Made by a program: the position numbers and the translations under genes. From positions 1 through 60,124 of IMG/VR virus record IMGVR_UViG_3300029448_000032: a stretch of DNA of 60,124 nt. The stretch is one strand, 5' to 3'. The DNA comes from a virus. Its lineage: Duplodnaviria; Caudoviricetes. A model generated the notes under the pieces. It had not been told where the DNA came from. It saw nothing but the letters and a program-made list of their open reading frames with translations, and searched no databases. Positions 57,139 through 60,124 of the stretch are shown here, one piece after another. Position 1 is the first letter of the stretch, and each line of letters starts with the position of its first letter.

Positions 57139-60124
57139 ATGAACTTAAAGAAAATCATAAGGAAAGACGTTGACGGAAACTCTATGTCTTTCGAATTTGA
57201 TATACCCAAAGCTAATGTTCCTCCTGTAGATTCGATACCTAACTACGATCATCCAGGAGAACCAAAAGGTTCTGACACAGTTCCTGCTTGGTTAACTCCA
57301 GGAGAGAATATAGTTAATGCAGAAGCTTCTAGACTTCCCGGTAACCAACAAATAATAGATCAGATGAATAATCAAGGTCGAGCTATCCAAGCTCAGCAAG
57401 GAGGTAGTATACCTACTTATGCAGATGGAGGAGGCTTTATTGATATAGCAAGAACTGCTACAGACTACGCTCCATACGCGTTAGCTAGTATAGGATTACC
57501 TGCTTCATTAGCTGGTTTGTGGACTTCGTATAAGTCTAGGAATGCAGGTGGAATACCTAAGGGTTGGAAACCTATAGGCTGGAAACCTTATCCAGTTCAC
57601 CCGTTTCTATTAAGAAAATCCGAAGGTGGACCAGTGTATGCAGCAAAAGGAACTGAATCAGCTCCTGACACAAGTTGGGTTGATGGTATACTAGATGCTT
57701 TAAGATTTGTAGAATCCGGAGAAATTACTGATCCATCTAAGTTAATATCTTCTGCAGGTGCAGAAGGATTCTATCAAATTATGCCTGCTAACTTTGGAGA
57801 ACTAACTGAGAAAGACGATGCTGGCAATGTTACTAAAACTTACAAAGGTAAAGGAGCAGCTGGTTATGATACTCCTGTAATTTCAAGAGAGGACGCTTAC
57901 GATCCAGAAAAAGCTAGAGCATGGGCTAAAGCTTATCTTACTAATATGCAGTTGGCACATCCTGAATGGTCACCTTCTGATGTTTTAAGGGCTTATAATT
58001 GGGGCCCAGGAAACATGAAGAAGTTTATGAGGGAAGATGTTAGTTGGGATGAGGTACCTACTGAAGCTAAAGAATATACTGATAAAGTTTTTAAGCATTA
58101 CAAAAATTTAACTGGTGAAAACTTCTATGATACTACAAGTAATGCTCCTGAACTAGCAGGTTTACGTAATGCTATACCTGTTCCTGGTGAAACGGATATC
58201 CCTAGTGGCGATTTAAGCATGGCAGAGCTGATGATTCCAGACTATCCGGTAGATTCATCAGTAGAAATAGATGCAGATGGTCCTGGACAAAATTTAAAAA
58301 TCGGACCAGGAGGCGTACCTGATATGCCAATGAACTTTATGGGTTCAGCAAATCCTAGAAGAGGCTATGAGAGTGGTCAAGATTATATGAATACATTTGG
58401 ATTAATAGATCCTTTTAGTAGGCAAGTAAGTAAAATATATGATGGTGCTCCGTCTGTATCTGGAATGGATAGTTTATATCAAACCTATCCTAAAGAAATT
58501 CCTTGGGAAGAACATTTTGGTGTTAATCCTGTAGGATATCAAGATCCTGTGCAAGCAATGTATGGTATGGGAGAAGTAAACGTTCCTTCTTCTCCTTATG
58601 AAGGTACTTTGTTAGATCCTAATACAGTAATAGATGGTTATGAAGACTTAAAAACACAAGAACTATTAAATGCAGCTAGAAGCGGTGCCTTTGGTCCGTT
58701 CCCTGCTGCCTCAATAGATGGTGATGAGTTTGCTAAAGCCGCAGGAGCAGTAGGTTTACCTACAGATAATGATACATTAAATCAAATAGTTGATATGGTT
58801 AATCGTGAAAACATTAGCCCTCAAGAAGCTGCAGCAAAAATAAAAGAAATGTCTATAACGCCTTTAACTAATGCTATTCAAGGACCAGACACAGATCCTA
58901 ACGCTCCTGAGGTAAACCCTTCAAATTATTTATTTACTTCAGGTGCAGGTATTAATGTTCCTGGAGCAGGCGAAACTCCTATTCCAACTCTTGATGAAAT
59001 GTTTGATCTTGGAGATTATGATAAAATTCAAGAAGATATAAACAAAATACAATCATCAAACCAAATTGAACACGATACAAGAGTACCTACTTTAGACATG
59101 GAAAAATATGGGGATCTTTTAACTTCTCCTCCTTATACTGAAGGTTTTGAAGGTGTTCCTTTTACAGAACAGATGAGTCAGTTACATGAAGCTATAAAAG
59201 AAAAGTTTGAGAGTGCTGATAATACATCTAGTCTTCAAGCAATCCTAGATGGTGGTCCTAATGCTGACTCTGTAAATAATCAAGAACTTAAAGAGAGTAA
59301 AAAGAAAGCTGAAGAATTTAGAGCTGCTGAAGAGAAAGCTGCTGAACAAGTAGGAATGACTACTGAGTCACTAAGTCAAGATAGAGTAGATAAGTTATCA
59401 AAGCAATTTAGTGATATGGATTCTACTGAAGTTACAGAAGATACAACTACTGTTGAAAATAAATATAAAGAAGCTTATAAAGATGGACGTGGAACAGATC
59501 TTTATAAACAGCTTCCACCAGAAAACAAAGTTGCTGGGTTCTTTAAAGACTTATTAGGAGATATCTTTGACGTTAAAGAACTTAAGCGCGCAGCTGTTAT
59601 GTATCTAGGAGGTAGACTTTTAGGATATAGTCATGCATCTGCTGGTAATTTTGCTGTTAAGAATATGTTAACTCGTATGGATAATCAAGAAACAACAAGA
59701 GCAGCTAATATAAAAGAGTGGATGGGTTCATATAGTCCAAAAACTTTACAACTATATAAAGAAACTGGTGATCTATCTGTACTAGAACCAATTGGTGCTT
59801 CAGTATACAGACAAGGAGTATATCAGGACTGGTACGGAAGAGGAAAGAACGGACAACCTGTGAAAATAAGAGTTGAAAAAGTTCACGTAGGATCTGGTGA
59901 TAAGAAGCAAGTGAAGTGGTATGGTTCAGATGGAAAAGAATATAGAAAAGAAGACTTCAGTTTAGATGTAAGCGATTATCCTAAGAGTGATGAGTACTTA
60001 GATAAAAATACTAAATTCCAAGACCGTATGGAAGAACTAATTACTAAAATTAGAACATCTGATGGTAGAAGAGGCGAGAAAAAAGATGGTGGTTGGAATT
60101 ATGCTACAAATGTGAAACCACAAC
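57139..60124 (+). CDS. Internal virion protein with lytic transglycosylase (SLT) domain; continues across the junction to 609 (~1164 aa)
   Basis: AAGGAG RBS; GSDTVPAWLTPGE; FVESG...SSAGAEGFYQIMP...AYNWGPGN; in frame with the ATG at 60028; absent from the ORF track, consistent with no in-window stop. Confidence 0.85.
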   Translation, partial: MNLKKIIRKDVDGNSMSFEFDIPKANVPPVDSIPNYDHPGEPKGSDTVPAWLTPGENIVNAEASRLPGNQQIIDQMNNQGRAIQAQQGGSIPTYADGGGFIDIARTATDYAPYALASIGLPASLAGLWTSYKSRNAGGIPKGWKPIGWKPYPVHPFLLRKSEGGPVYAAKGTESAPDTSWVDGILDALRFVESGEITDPSKLISSAGAEGFYQIMPANFGELTEKDDAGNVTKTYKGKGAAGYDTPVISREDAYDPEKARAWAKAYLTNMQLAHPEWSPSDVLRAYNWGPGNMKKFMREDVSWDEVPTEAKEYTDKVFKHYKNLTGENFYDTTSNAPELAGLRNAIPVPGETDIPSGDLSMAELMIPDYPVDSSVEIDADGPGQNLKIGPGGVPDMPMNFMGSANPRRGYESGQDYMNTFGLIDPFSRQVSKIYDGAPSVSGMDSLYQTYPKEIPWEEHFGVNPVGYQDPVQAMYGMGEVNVPSSPYEGTLLDPNTVIDGYEDLKTQELLNAARSGAFGPFPAASIDGDEFAKAAGAVGLPTDNDTLNQIVDMVNRENISPQEAAAKIKEMSITPLTNAIQGPDTDPNAPEVNPSNYLFTSGAGINVPGAGETPIPTLDEMFDLGDYDKIQEDINKIQSSNQIEHDTRVPTLDMEKYGDLLTSPPYTEGFEGVPFTEQMSQLHEAIKEKFESADNTSSLQAILDGGPNADSVNNQELKESKKKAEEFRAAEEKAAEQVGMTTESLSQDRVDKLSKQFSDMDSTEVTEDTTTVENKYKEAYKDGRGTDLYKQLPPENKVAGFFKDLLGDIFDVKELKRAAVMYLGGRLLGYSHASAGNFAVKNMLTRMDNQETTRAANIKEWMGSYSPKTLQLYKETGDLSVLEPIGASVYRQGVYQDWYGRGKNGQPVKIRVEKVHVGSGDKKQVKWYGSDGKEYRKEDFSLDVSDYPKSDEYLDKNTKFQDRMEELITKIRTSDGRRGEKKDGGWNYATNVKPQ
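60025..60124. repeat. Terminal direct repeat, copy 2 (circular assembly overlap)
   Basis: Matches 1-100. Confidence 0.95.

Overview
This window is an apparently complete, circularly permuted genome of an AT-rich lytic podovirus-like phage, about 60,024 bp. Bases 1-100 repeat at 60025-60124 inside one ORF, so that repeat is most likely an assembly overlap. The host is probably a marine alphaproteobacterium (DUF1127, class II RNR, GTA-type holin, SleB); this is inference. The layout is N4-like. A minus-strand early/replication arm (~26.1 kb to 9.3 kb) and a plus-strand late/structural arm (26.6 kb through the junction to 9.2 kb) diverge at ~26.3 kb and converge at 9.25 kb. Each arm finishes with a single-subunit RNA polymerase gene: a Cys-free 1508-aa mini virion RNAP with N4-vRNAP-like motifs, and a ~786-aa T7-like RNAP. 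Two cis-element families match the two enzymes: six template-strand hairpins (GTTKWAAAA-stem-ATGRATAT-stem, with fully swapped stems) and four T7-style TGTCYCCTADTAGAGA elements. The outermost early gene is a natural near G-less cassette inside a 660-bp tract with only 7 C on the plus strand. The phage also carries a T4-gp42-like dCMP hydroxymethylase module beside an atypical PolA, an SNase-fused ejection protein, a manA-like ncRNA, NADAR, a DUF1127 protein and an SU10/DUF5309-type capsid. All family assignments are from motif recognition by eye; no searches were run.
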